This document shows positions 15,706 to 23,472 of a DNA stretch of 32,000 bases, one piece after another. Position 1 is the stretch's first letter. Every line of letters begins with the position of its first letter. This DNA is from Desulfobulbus sp. (lineage in GTDB: Bacteria; Desulfobacterota; Desulfobulbia; Desulfobulbales; Desulfobulbaceae): positions 1 to 32,000 of the forward strand of contig NZ_JAVBXR010000004.1 of assembly GCF_030824455.1 (NCBI RefSeq), read 5' to 3'. A program made the position numbers and the translations under genes. A model generated the notes under the pieces. That model was not told the origin of the DNA. It ran no database searches and worked only from the letters and a program-made list of their open reading frames with translations.

Positions 15706-17591
15706 TGGACGCGCAGCAATTTTTGGCCGATTTTGGGCATATTGCGAATGCGCCGGGGGGAGTGGCGCGGTTGCGGGAGATGATTCTTTCTCTGGCATTT
15801 AAAGGCGTCCTGTGTCCCCATTCTTTCGAATCAAGCGAAGACTTGCTGGAAGACATCGAACGTCAGCGGCAGATTTTCGGTGGCGAAACACGTAAACAGA
15901 GAATTACACGACAGGATAGCGCTACAACCGATACCTTGATTCCACATGACATTCCAGCACATTGGGTGTGGGTAGGTCTAAGTGCTGTCGGGCACACGTG
16001 GGGGCAAAAGAAGCCTACCAAATCATTTGCATATATCGATGTATCTTCCATCGACAATAAAGCAGGAACTCTTCGTCAATCTCCCGAGGTTATAAGTGCA
16101 AGTACGGCCCCAAGTCGGGCAAGAAAAATTGTTCAAAAAGGCACTTTGATTTACTCAACAGTGCGACCCTATCTTCTGAATATCGCGATCATTGAGCGTG
16201 ATTTCGATTATGAGCCAATTGCCAGCACGGCATTTGCTATAATTCACCCATGGGAAGGCATTTCGGCGCGCTATCTCTATTATTATCTGCGTAGTCCTGT
16301 CTTCGTGAGTTACGTCGAATCGGTACAAATTGGGATGGCCTACCCGGCTATTAACGACGAAAAATTCTATTCAGGAGTGGTGCCACTTCCTCCGACTGAA
16401 GAGCAAACCCGCATCGTTGCCAAAGTCGATGAGTTGATGGCCTTGTGCGACAAACTGGAAACGCAGCAACAGCAGCGCCGCCGCCTGCAAAACAACCTCC
16501 GCCAGTCCACCCTGCAAGCCGTTGCCGCAGCCGCCAACCCACAGGAACTGCACACCGCATGGAGCCGCCTTACCGGCAACTTCGGCCAGCTCTTTCATGC
16601 GCCGGAAGATGCCAGGGCGTTGCGCGATGTCATTTTCGATTTGGCGATGAGGGGCATGTTCCTACCAACTACAAAGCTAAGTTCCCCTGTGACAGAGGAT
16701 GACTTAGCCCCTCTTCCCACCGGATGGAAATGGAAGACTCTCGGCGAGTTGTCCGAGTACATCACGAGTGGCTCCCGAGGTTGGAAGGGGTACCTTTCCA
16801 CATCAGGTGATGCATTTATCCGGTCCCAAGACATCAAGCAGGACGCTTTGATTTTTGAAAACCCAGCGTTTGTCGCACTCCCAGAAAAGGCGGAAGGTAA
16901 GCGCACTTTGGTACGAGGAGGCGACCTTCTGTTGACAATTACTGGTGGAAATGTTGGCAAATGCGCATTTGTACCGATATTGAAATGCAATGCATACGTA
17001 AGTCAGCATGTGGCTCTGATTCGTTTACATGACAGCAGCTGGGCTGAGTTTATTCACTTCTGGATGATCAATGCTAACGGAGGTAGAAATTTTCTATCGC
17101 GCTACATATATGGAGACAAGCCTGGGCTAAACCTTGCCCAAGTGGCAAGCGTGCCCATCCCTATTCCTCCGAAAACAGAGAAAACGAAAATACTTGAAAG
17201 TTTGCGGCAATTCCAAGTGATATGTAATCGTTTGGCTGAGCTACTTGATAGAGGGTCCAACTTTTCAAAAATATTGGTAAAAGCTGCCGTCTCCAGTATC
17301 ACCGGCATCGCCACCGAACAAAAAGAGAACGTACCCGTGAAAGTCCCCCAAACCGAACTGATTGCTCCGTTGCGACTCGGACAAGCCCCCGACATCAAGG
17401 CGCAGGCGCCGCTGGCCACCATCCTTGCCCGCCACAATGGCGAGATCAGCGCCAAGGATCTGTACCAGCGTTTTGGCGGCGAGATCGACGCCTTTTACGC
17501 GCAACTGAAAACAGAGGTCAGCCACGGTTGGATTCTGGAGCCGGAAGTCGCCGAGATGCGCGAAAAATTCATTGACAGGGCGAGCGCCTGA
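15705..17591 (+). CDS. hsdS: type I R-M specificity subunit, unusually long (628 aa)
   Basis: Two target-recognition-domain-like halves (WVWVGLSAV... and GWKWKTLGEL...) are separated by the coiled-coil EEQTRIVAKVDELMALCDKLE. A second conserved helix is EKTKILESLRQFQVICNRLAE. About 100 further C-terminal residues follow. The start overlaps the DUF1016 stop (TGATG). Confidence 0.9.
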   Translation: MDAQQFLADFGHIANAPGGVARLREMILSLAFKGVLCPHSFESSEDLLEDIERQRQIFGGETRKQRITRQDSATTDTLIPHDIPAHWVWVGLSAVGHTWGQKKPTKSFAYIDVSSIDNKAGTLRQSPEVISASTAPSRARKIVQKGTLIYSTVRPYLLNIAIIERDFDYEPIASTAFAIIHPWEGISARYLYYYLRSPVFVSYVESVQIGMAYPAINDEKFYSGVVPLPPTEEQTRIVAKVDELMALCDKLETQQQQRRRLQNNLRQSTLQAVAAAANPQELHTAWSRLTGNFGQLFHAPEDARALRDVIFDLAMRGMFLPTTKLSSPVTEDDLAPLPTGWKWKTLGELSEYITSGSRGWKGYLSTSGDAFIRSQDIKQDALIFENPAFVALPEKAEGKRTLVRGGDLLLTITGGNVGKCAFVPILKCNAYVSQHVALIRLHDSSWAEFIHFWMINANGGRNFLSRYIYGDKPGLNLAQVASVPIPIPPKTEKTKILESLRQFQVICNRLAELLDRGSNFSKILVKAAVSSITGIATEQKENVPVKVPQTELIAPLRLGQAPDIKAQAPLATILARHNGEISAKDLYQRFGGEIDAFYAQLKTEVSHGWILEPEVAEMREKFIDRASA

Positions 17592-17592
17592 A

Positions 17593-19341
17593 ATGCAGCT
17601 CCAGCGTATTCGTATTGGCGCCTTCCGCAATCTGCGCGAGATCGAAATTGTTTTCGACAGCTATCTGCCCGCTACAGCGGCCAACCCGGATAGTCCGCCG
17701 CAGCCAATCCGTAGCCATGCCCTCATCGGTCAGAACGGCACCGGCAAATCGAACCTGATTGAGGCGTTGATCACCATTTTCCGCGATGTTGACCTCGACC
17801 GCGAAGCCCCCTTCGACTACGAGCTGGACTACTCCATCCGGGGGCATGCGGTGCGCCTCAAGGCGGAAGTCAGCCGGCAAAAACGGCCCTTTGTGTGGGT
17901 GGACGGCAAGGCCGAATCGCAGGGCTATCTGTTGCGCAACCGTGAGCTGCTGCCCTCGCACGTCTTTGCCTACTATTCCGGCCGCAACGAGCGCATGGAG
18001 GAGTTGTTCCAGGAACATCAGCGCCGCTTCAACCGTCGCCAGGAGATCACCGCCGAAGAGGTCGTCCCCGCAGCGCTGCTGCACCAGTTCACTGGCAGCG
18101 AAACAGATATCCGCGCCATGGAGGAGGTCTTGAAGCGCGCGGCAAGCCGGCGTAAGCAACTGGGCGACGACCGGTTGCGCCGCCTGTTCTACTGTCGGGG
18201 CGGGCACAGCCAATTGGTGCTGCTGGCCTGTCTGCTGTCCGATGATCCGGTTTTTCAGAAGGTGTTGAAGAATTTGCACATCGAGGCGTTGGAATCGGCG
18301 CTCTTTGTGCTGAAGGAACCGCACCGGCTACGGGAGAAACGCAAGAACCAGAAGTTTGATGAGAACGAACTGAATGAGGGCGACCCGCGTTTCTGGTATG
18401 CGCGCGGTAATGTGGTGAGCGAATTCCTCGACAAACTCTGGCAGGTGGCCTGGGCGCCAATCGAGCAGGAAATCCCTAAGCAGATCGACTTTCGCGGACG
18501 CACGGAGAAGCAGCGGCAGCTTTATCTCTTTGTGCCCAGCCAGGAAAAGCTCAGGGAGCTGGGCGAGTTGGTCGGCGGCGCATCCAGCTTTTTCCGCTAT
18601 GCCGAGGGCGCCTTCATTGGCGATTTGATCGAAGAAGTCCGCATCACCGTCAAAAAGCGCGACGAGCACGGCGGCAAGGTCAGTTTTATTCAACTCTCCG
18701 AAGGCGAGTTGCAGATGCTCACCGTACTCGGCCTGATGCGCATCACCAGCGAAGACCACTGCCTGTTCCTGCTCGACGAGCCGGACACTCACCTCAATCC
18801 AATCTGGAAGCTGCGCTACTTCGACGACATCGAACAGGTGCTGGCCCCGCGAGAAGACGCGCCCCTGCAAGGCGAGTCGCAGATCCTCATCACCACCCAC
18901 GACCCGATGATGGTCGGCAGCCTCAAACGCGAACAGGTGCGCATTCTCTGCCGCGACGGCAATCGCATCCGCGTCGACATGCCGGATGAGCATCCCCAGG
19001 GCATGGGGGTGACCGGACTGCTCAAGAGCGATTTGTTCGGCCTCTCGTCCACACTTGACATCGAGACCGAACGCCGCTTGTTCCGTCGTAACGAGCTTTT
19101 TGTCAAGGAAGCGCGTTCCACGGAAGAAGATGCCGAGCTGAGCCGGTTGAGTGCGGAATTGGCTGACCTTGGTTTTTCCACGGCGGATTTCCGGGACCCG
19201 GACTATGCCCTTTTCGTCCGCAAGATGGCTCAGCATCGGCGCTTCCGCAAGCCCACGCTTTCACCGGAAGAGCAAGCCGAGCAGGACCGGATTGCCGACC
19301 AGATCATCGATGAAATTTTGCGGGAAGAGGACGAACCGTGA
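17593..19341 (+). CDS. ABC/SMC-type AAA ATPase, Septu PtuA-like
   Basis: The ATG at 17593 lies 1 nt after the hsdS stop. Motifs are Walker A GQNGTGKSN, signature-like LSEGELQML, Walker B LFLLDEPDTHLNP and H-loop ILITTHDP. There is no TOPRIM or other nuclease domain. Confidence 0.8.
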   Translation: MQLQRIRIGAFRNLREIEIVFDSYLPATAANPDSPPQPIRSHALIGQNGTGKSNLIEALITIFRDVDLDREAPFDYELDYSIRGHAVRLKAEVSRQKRPFVWVDGKAESQGYLLRNRELLPSHVFAYYSGRNERMEELFQEHQRRFNRRQEITAEEVVPAALLHQFTGSETDIRAMEEVLKRAASRRKQLGDDRLRRLFYCRGGHSQLVLLACLLSDDPVFQKVLKNLHIEALESALFVLKEPHRLREKRKNQKFDENELNEGDPRFWYARGNVVSEFLDKLWQVAWAPIEQEIPKQIDFRGRTEKQRQLYLFVPSQEKLRELGELVGGASSFFRYAEGAFIGDLIEEVRITVKKRDEHGGKVSFIQLSEGELQMLTVLGLMRITSEDHCLFLLDEPDTHLNPIWKLRYFDDIEQVLAPREDAPLQGESQILITTHDPMMVGSLKREQVRILCRDGNRIRVDMPDEHPQGMGVTGLLKSDLFGLSSTLDIETERRLFRRNELFVKEARSTEEDAELSRLSAELADLGFSTADFRDPDYALFVRKMAQHRRFRKPTLSPEEQAEQDRIADQIIDEILREEDEP

Positions 19342-20198
19342 TCTGGATTGATCTTGAGCACAAACTGCCGACCGATGCCGATATCCCAGGGTGGACGCCA
19401 TGGACGCGGGAGCAGTGGCAGGCATGGCTGGAGAAATCAAAACAATTGGTGGGGCAACTTGCGGCATTGGAAGCGGCGGGTAGGAGAAAAGAGCGCAACG
19501 ATCTGATTGATGCCAACAGCGGACATTGGGGAAAGCTCAAAGAGTGGCTGTTGGCCTTATCCGGCGGCAAGTGCTGGTTCTCCGAAGTGAAAGAGCTGTA
19601 TTCCCATTACGATGTCGAACACTTTCGCCCCAAGAAAGAGGCCAAGGTGCTGGACTCGACCGAACGTGACGGCTACTGGTGGCTCGCCTTCGATTACATG
19701 AATTTCCGCATCTGCGGCAACGTGGGCAATCGTAAGAAGGGCGGCTGGTTTCCCTTGCAGGACGGTTCGCTTTGCTCAACGTATTCCTGCCAGTGTGAAG
19801 AGTCAGAAAGCAGATATCTTTTGGACCCCATTGATGTTTATGATGTGGGGCTGCTTGCCTTTGACGAGGAGGGGAGAGCTGTCCCGGTACCAGGTGCCTC
19901 GGAATGGGAAGAGCAGCGTGTTCTTGAGACGGTGAAACGCCTCAAGCTCAATGAACATGTGCCATTGGCGGAGGCGCGCCGTAAAGTTTGGCAACAAGTC
20001 GATGGTCTTATAGAAGAATTTTGCAGATCAAAGGCTCGGTGTGGAACGGGAATCAATCCTGCCGCACAACAAAAAATGCGATCTGTGTGCGAACAAATTC
20101 GAGAAAAAACTCAATCAGGAGCTGAGCTCTCTGCCGTCGCCAAATGGTGCGTTCTTTTCCGAAATGACTCACACCTGTCGAGGTTGATTTGTCGGTAA
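19338..20198 (+). CDS. HNH-family protein, TIGR02646/PtuB-like
   Basis: A GTG start overlaps the ATPase stop (GTGA). The core is GGKCWFSE...YDVEHFRPKKE...YWWLAFDYMNFRICGNVGNRKKGGWFPL...LLDP. It follows the TIGR02646 pattern (KCaYCE...vEHfrPK...W.NL..sC..CN..KG) as I remember it. Confidence 0.7.
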   Translation: MIWIDLEHKLPTDADIPGWTPWTREQWQAWLEKSKQLVGQLAALEAAGRRKERNDLIDANSGHWGKLKEWLLALSGGKCWFSEVKELYSHYDVEHFRPKKEAKVLDSTERDGYWWLAFDYMNFRICGNVGNRKKGGWFPLQDGSLCSTYSCQCEESESRYLLDPIDVYDVGLLAFDEEGRAVPVPGASEWEEQRVLETVKRLKLNEHVPLAEARRKVWQQVDGLIEEFCRSKARCGTGINPAAQQKMRSVCEQIREKTQSGAELSAVAKWCVLFRNDSHLSRLICR

Positions 20199-20383
20199 CT
20201 CTATGAACCAAAACAGTTTATTTTCTTTTGACGGCCCAGTCTGGAAAAACGAATAGATGTCGAATGGCTGCACATAAAAATGTAGGATTATTTAACCAGC
20301 CACTCCCTTGAGCTTTTCCGCACCTCTACAAAGCCCCAAGCAGCCTGACGTGAAAGGATATTCGTGTGGCAAAGGAGACTCCC

Positions 20384-21004
20384 ATGACCTTGGAAAACAA
20401 ACTCGGCATCACCGATGCGGTTGAACTCGCCCGCGGAGAAGAGCGTATCAGCAAGGCAAAGGCGCACCACCTCTTTGCCAGCGGCAGGCTAGACACCCTG
20501 CAAGCTGGGACCTTTCAGGCACTGGCAGAGATACACAGAAATCTGTTCGACGAGATCTACGACTTTGCCGGGAAAATTCGCACCGTCAACATTGCCAAGG
20601 GCAGTTTCAGGTTTGCACCTGTGATGTATCTGGCGGCAGCTTTGCAGCATATTGAAAACATGCCCCAGTCGACATTCGATGAAATCATCGAAAAGTACGT
20701 GGAAATGAACATCGCCCACCCCTTCAGAGAGGGCAACGGGCGCAGCACACGCATCTGGCTTGATCTGATCCTGAAACAAGAACTGCAAAAGGTTGTTGAT
20801 TGGAGTTGTGTTGACAAGAATGATTATCTCCTTGCCATGGAGCGTAGCCCCGTCAAGGACGTTGAAATCAAGTTCCTGTTGCAACAGGCCCTGACCGACA
20901 GCATTCATGACATCGAAGTCTATATGAAGGGTATTGACGCGAGCTACTATTACGAGGGCTACGCCGTCTATAGGGCAGAAGATTTGGGAGGAAGCGAATC
21001 TTGA
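20384..21004 (+). CDS. fic: Fic-domain protein adenylyltransferase, class III (NmFic-like, C-terminal inhibitory helix)
   Basis: The ATG at 20384 is preceded by AAGGAGA. The Fic motif is [23 protein letters not shown]...RIWLDL...AMERSP closely matches the Neisseria NmFic sequence as I recall it. The C-terminal SYYYEGY equals the [S/T]xxxE[G/N] inhibitory motif. Confidence 0.9.
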   Translation: MTLENKLGITDAVELARGEERISKAKAHHLFASGRLDTLQAGTFQALAEIHRNLFDEIYDFAGKIRTVNIAKGSFRFAPVMYLAAALQHIENMPQSTFDEIIEKYVEMNIAHPFREGNGRSTRIWLDLILKQELQKVVDWSCVDKNDYLLAMERSPVKDVEIKFLLQQALTDSIHDIEVYMKGIDASYYYEGYAVYRAEDLGGSES

Positions 21005-21216
21005 CTGAGCAAGGGGCGCTCCCTGGTACTCCTAGCCTGTCCGGGCCAACGATCTTCTGGTTGCGAGAAGCGGGAGCTTAAGGCTGGCAGAACGCTACGG
21101 CAGTTCGTGGTTCCGTAGGGTGACTCCTTCCTCGAAGCAGCTGTCACCTGTTTTTCTGATTTTGTTTCTATGGATGTCGAATTAGATTGACCGGCTGTTA
21201 GTTTTTATCTATTTTA

Positions 21217-21234
21217 TTTCGACGTTAATCGAAA
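21217..21234. promoter_or_regulatory. palindrome just upstream of the ArsR-family gene (candidate autoregulatory operator)
   Basis: The palindrome TTTCGA-cgttaa-TCGAAA ends 5 nt before the AAGGAGG RBS of ORF 21251. Confidence 0.3.
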
Positions 21235-21250
21235 CAAAGGAGGTAAAAAT

Positions 21251-22267
21251 ATGGATGCCGAGCAAAGTTTAGCCATCATCAAAGCCCTGGCTGATGCGTC
21301 GCGGTTGGCTATTGTCGGGTCGCTGGTGGAGCGGCCCCAATACGTTGAAGAGATAGCCCAACGGCACGCCCTGGCCCCGTCGACAGTGTCGTTTCATCTG
21401 AAAAAGTTGGAAAAGGCCGGTCTCGTCCGCAGCAGGAAAGAGCAGTATTACGTGGTTGTCGAGGCCAACGAACCGTTGCTCGACACCACCCTGAAAGATC
21501 TGGTGAGCGTCTCCGCTGTCCTCAAGGATAAGGGCGAGCAGCGCGTGGATGTGTACCATCGCAAGGTGTTGGACACCTTTTTCCGTCATGGATTGTTGGA
21601 ACGGTTGCCAGCGCAATACAAGAAGCGTCGTATCGTACTTGAAGAGTTCGCCTTGCATTTCGAGCCCGGACGCCGTTACCAAGAAGCGGAGGTGACCGGT
21701 GTGATTCGGCCTCTTTTCGACGATTATTGCATGATCCGCCGTCTGCTCGTCGATGAGCAACTGTTGCGGCGAGAGGGCACGACCTACTGGCGCGAATGCG
21801 TGGAGGGCCAAGACACACAGCCTCGGGTGACTGCCGGGCCAAGTGCGCCGCTGGTGACCAAACCGGCGCCCTCGAGAAAGATGATGGCAATGGCACAGCC
21901 TCGTGCCGGAGTCTACCAGTTGCACAACGCAGTCAACGGCAAGCTGTACATCGACAGCAGCGTCAATGTCGATGGCGCCCGCACCAGCAAGCTCTTTCAG
22001 CTCAAGATGGGCAAAGCGGTTTTCAACCGCGCCTTGCAGCACGATCTCAAGGAGCATGGCGCCTCGGCTTTCACCTTTTCCGTGCTGGAGGTGTTGCCGG
22101 AAGGAACTCCCGAGGAATTGCTTGAACAACACCTGTTGATGTTGAAAACGCAGTGGTTAGAGCGTCTACAGCCTTTTGGCGACAACGGTTACAACAACCG
22201 CAAGGGCTTTGAACGGGACCGTCAGGCTGTGGCCCATTTCCAGGCTATGCAGGACGATGCGCAATAG
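21251..22267 (+). CDS. ArsR/SmtB-type wHTH, DUF2087 and GIY-YIG nuclease-domain fusion protein
   Basis: The ArsR HTH is LAIIKALADASRLAIVGSL...YVEEIAQRHALAPSTVSFHLKKLEKAGLV. The DUF2087-like segment is LERLPAQYKKRRIVLEEFALHFEPGRRYQEAEV...IRRLLVDEQLLRRE. The C-terminus GVYQLHNAVNGKLYIDSS...R...FTFSVLEVL...GYNN has the GIY...YIG/R/E/N arrangement. Confidence 0.75.
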   Translation: MDAEQSLAIIKALADASRLAIVGSLVERPQYVEEIAQRHALAPSTVSFHLKKLEKAGLVRSRKEQYYVVVEANEPLLDTTLKDLVSVSAVLKDKGEQRVDVYHRKVLDTFFRHGLLERLPAQYKKRRIVLEEFALHFEPGRRYQEAEVTGVIRPLFDDYCMIRRLLVDEQLLRREGTTYWRECVEGQDTQPRVTAGPSAPLVTKPAPSRKMMAMAQPRAGVYQLHNAVNGKLYIDSSVNVDGARTSKLFQLKMGKAVFNRALQHDLKEHGASAFTFSVLEVLPEGTPEELLEQHLLMLKTQWLERLQPFGDNGYNNRKGFERDRQAVAHFQAMQDDAQ

Positions 22268-22569
22268 GCCGGTTTTGGTTGTTGAGTGCAATCCAGCCGA
22301 GTCTCCCTGTTTGCCAAAAGAACAACATTTGATGCTGACTGGGGGAGGGGAGAAGTGTTAGTTAATCGAACAGAGCGGTTAAAAATGGGAAACATCTAGG
22401 AGCCTATCGGACTTTGGCCCGGACGAAATTTTAACCATTTGAAATTACACAATTAAAAATTATACTGAATTTCAACCCTGAAAATTAGATCTAGCAATAA
22501 TAAATAGTTGCATGATGCGACTCTTGAGGACCGACCGGCTCCTAGCCGATGTGCCGAATTTTGATCTCG

Positions 22570-23166
22570 TTATCCTTGCCTTTCTAGCTCATTCTTCTTT
22601 CGCACGGCGCTCAGACCTTGCCAATCTTCTAAATCTTGATCAGGTTTTTCGGCCCGAAATCGAGCGTAAAGCTCGATCCCCTGTTTGTCCTCCAAAATTT
22701 CCACGTGAATCCCTTTTTCACGCAATAACGATTCATTACCACTTGCGTTCGTTACATCCCCTACGACTACGCGGCTAAATCCTCTCATATAAATCAATGT
22801 TGCACAGATATCACAAGGGCTTAAGCTAGTAAAAATGGTTGTATTGCCAAAGTCTATCCGTCCAGCATCGCGAATAGCGGAAGTTTCACCGTGGTTGTAA
22901 GGATGGTTTTCTTGAACGAGAGTGTTGTGCCCCTTTCCTCTGATTTGTCTTGTCCGGTTATCAATTATCACCGCGCCAATCGGACAGCCTCCTTCATCAT
23001 GGCTTTTTTCTGCGAGAAACACTGCGACGCGCATAAAATCAGCATCTGTTAACCTGCCCACAAAATCATTGTCCATTAAAACAGGTAGGCTTTTGGTCGG
23101 CATATGGGCTATTGTTCTCAATACTTCTTCATTTTTACCTGTCAGCTTATTCAAGAGGCTCTTCAT
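22570..23166 (-). CDS. cytosine deaminase of the CDA (FCY1-like) zinc-deaminase family
   Basis: The motifs HGETSAI (HxE) and SLSPCDICA (PCxxC) are present. EGGCPIGAVIID...GKGHN...TLYTSLSPC-type similarity to yeast FCY1 as recalled. I chose the start at 23166 (MKSLL) because AAGGA lies 5 nt upstream. The track ORF extends to 23190. Confidence 0.8.
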   Translation of the reverse strand: MKSLLNKLTGKNEEVLRTIAHMPTKSLPVLMDNDFVGRLTDADFMRVAVFLAEKSHDEGGCPIGAVIIDNRTRQIRGKGHNTLVQENHPYNHGETSAIRDAGRIDFGNTTIFTSLSPCDICATLIYMRGFSRVVVGDVTNASGNESLLREKGIHVEILEDKQGIELYARFRAEKPDQDLEDWQGLSAVRKKNELERQG

Positions 23167-23472
23167 CTGCATCCTTAGAAAATTTATCACATGTTAAACA
23201 AGGAATAAGCGAGCTGTTTATGCTAGCCTGTTGAGCGGAAAACAGCCAAGAGTGACACCACAAGCGCATTTTATGGCCTTCCGTGTGTCCGGTGCTAATC
23301 GATTCAAACGCAACCTTGCAGCTCGCTCCTGATTCTCTCAGGAGGCGCCGGATTAAGATGTTCCAATCTATCGCAACATGAACATCAAAACAGAATATAT
23401 TGTACTTGTCGATTGTTGCAAAAAATGTGGCACTCTAGGGTGTGATTATTACCGTGTTGCGCGCGGACTTAT

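Noticed and set aside
10194-19570. Many long ORFs lie antisense to or out of frame with the hsd/ATPase genes. Examples are 10194..10865(-), 11166..11939(-), 12162..12875(-), 12833..13678(-), 13624..14400(+), 13736..14287(-), 17569..18324(-) and 18328..19236(-). The same applies to 21269..22132(-) and 26320..27459(+).
   Set aside because: They overlap strongly supported genes and have low-complexity, Arg/Gly/Ala/Pro-rich translations typical of open frames in GC-rich coding DNA. They carry no motifs and no RBS.
22570-23166. The zinc deaminase considered as a defence-island nucleic-acid deaminase effector.
   Set aside because: Its length and motif spacing match FCY1-type free-cytosine deaminases. 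It has no partner genes and lies outside the integrase-proximal island on the opposite strand. It is probably metabolic.
23428-23433. TGGCAC considered as a sigma-54 -24 element in the deaminase/AOR intergenic region.
   Set aside because: No TTGC follows at the correct spacing (the sequence reads TGGCACTCTAGGGTG). It is also on the + strand, where no downstream gene exists.
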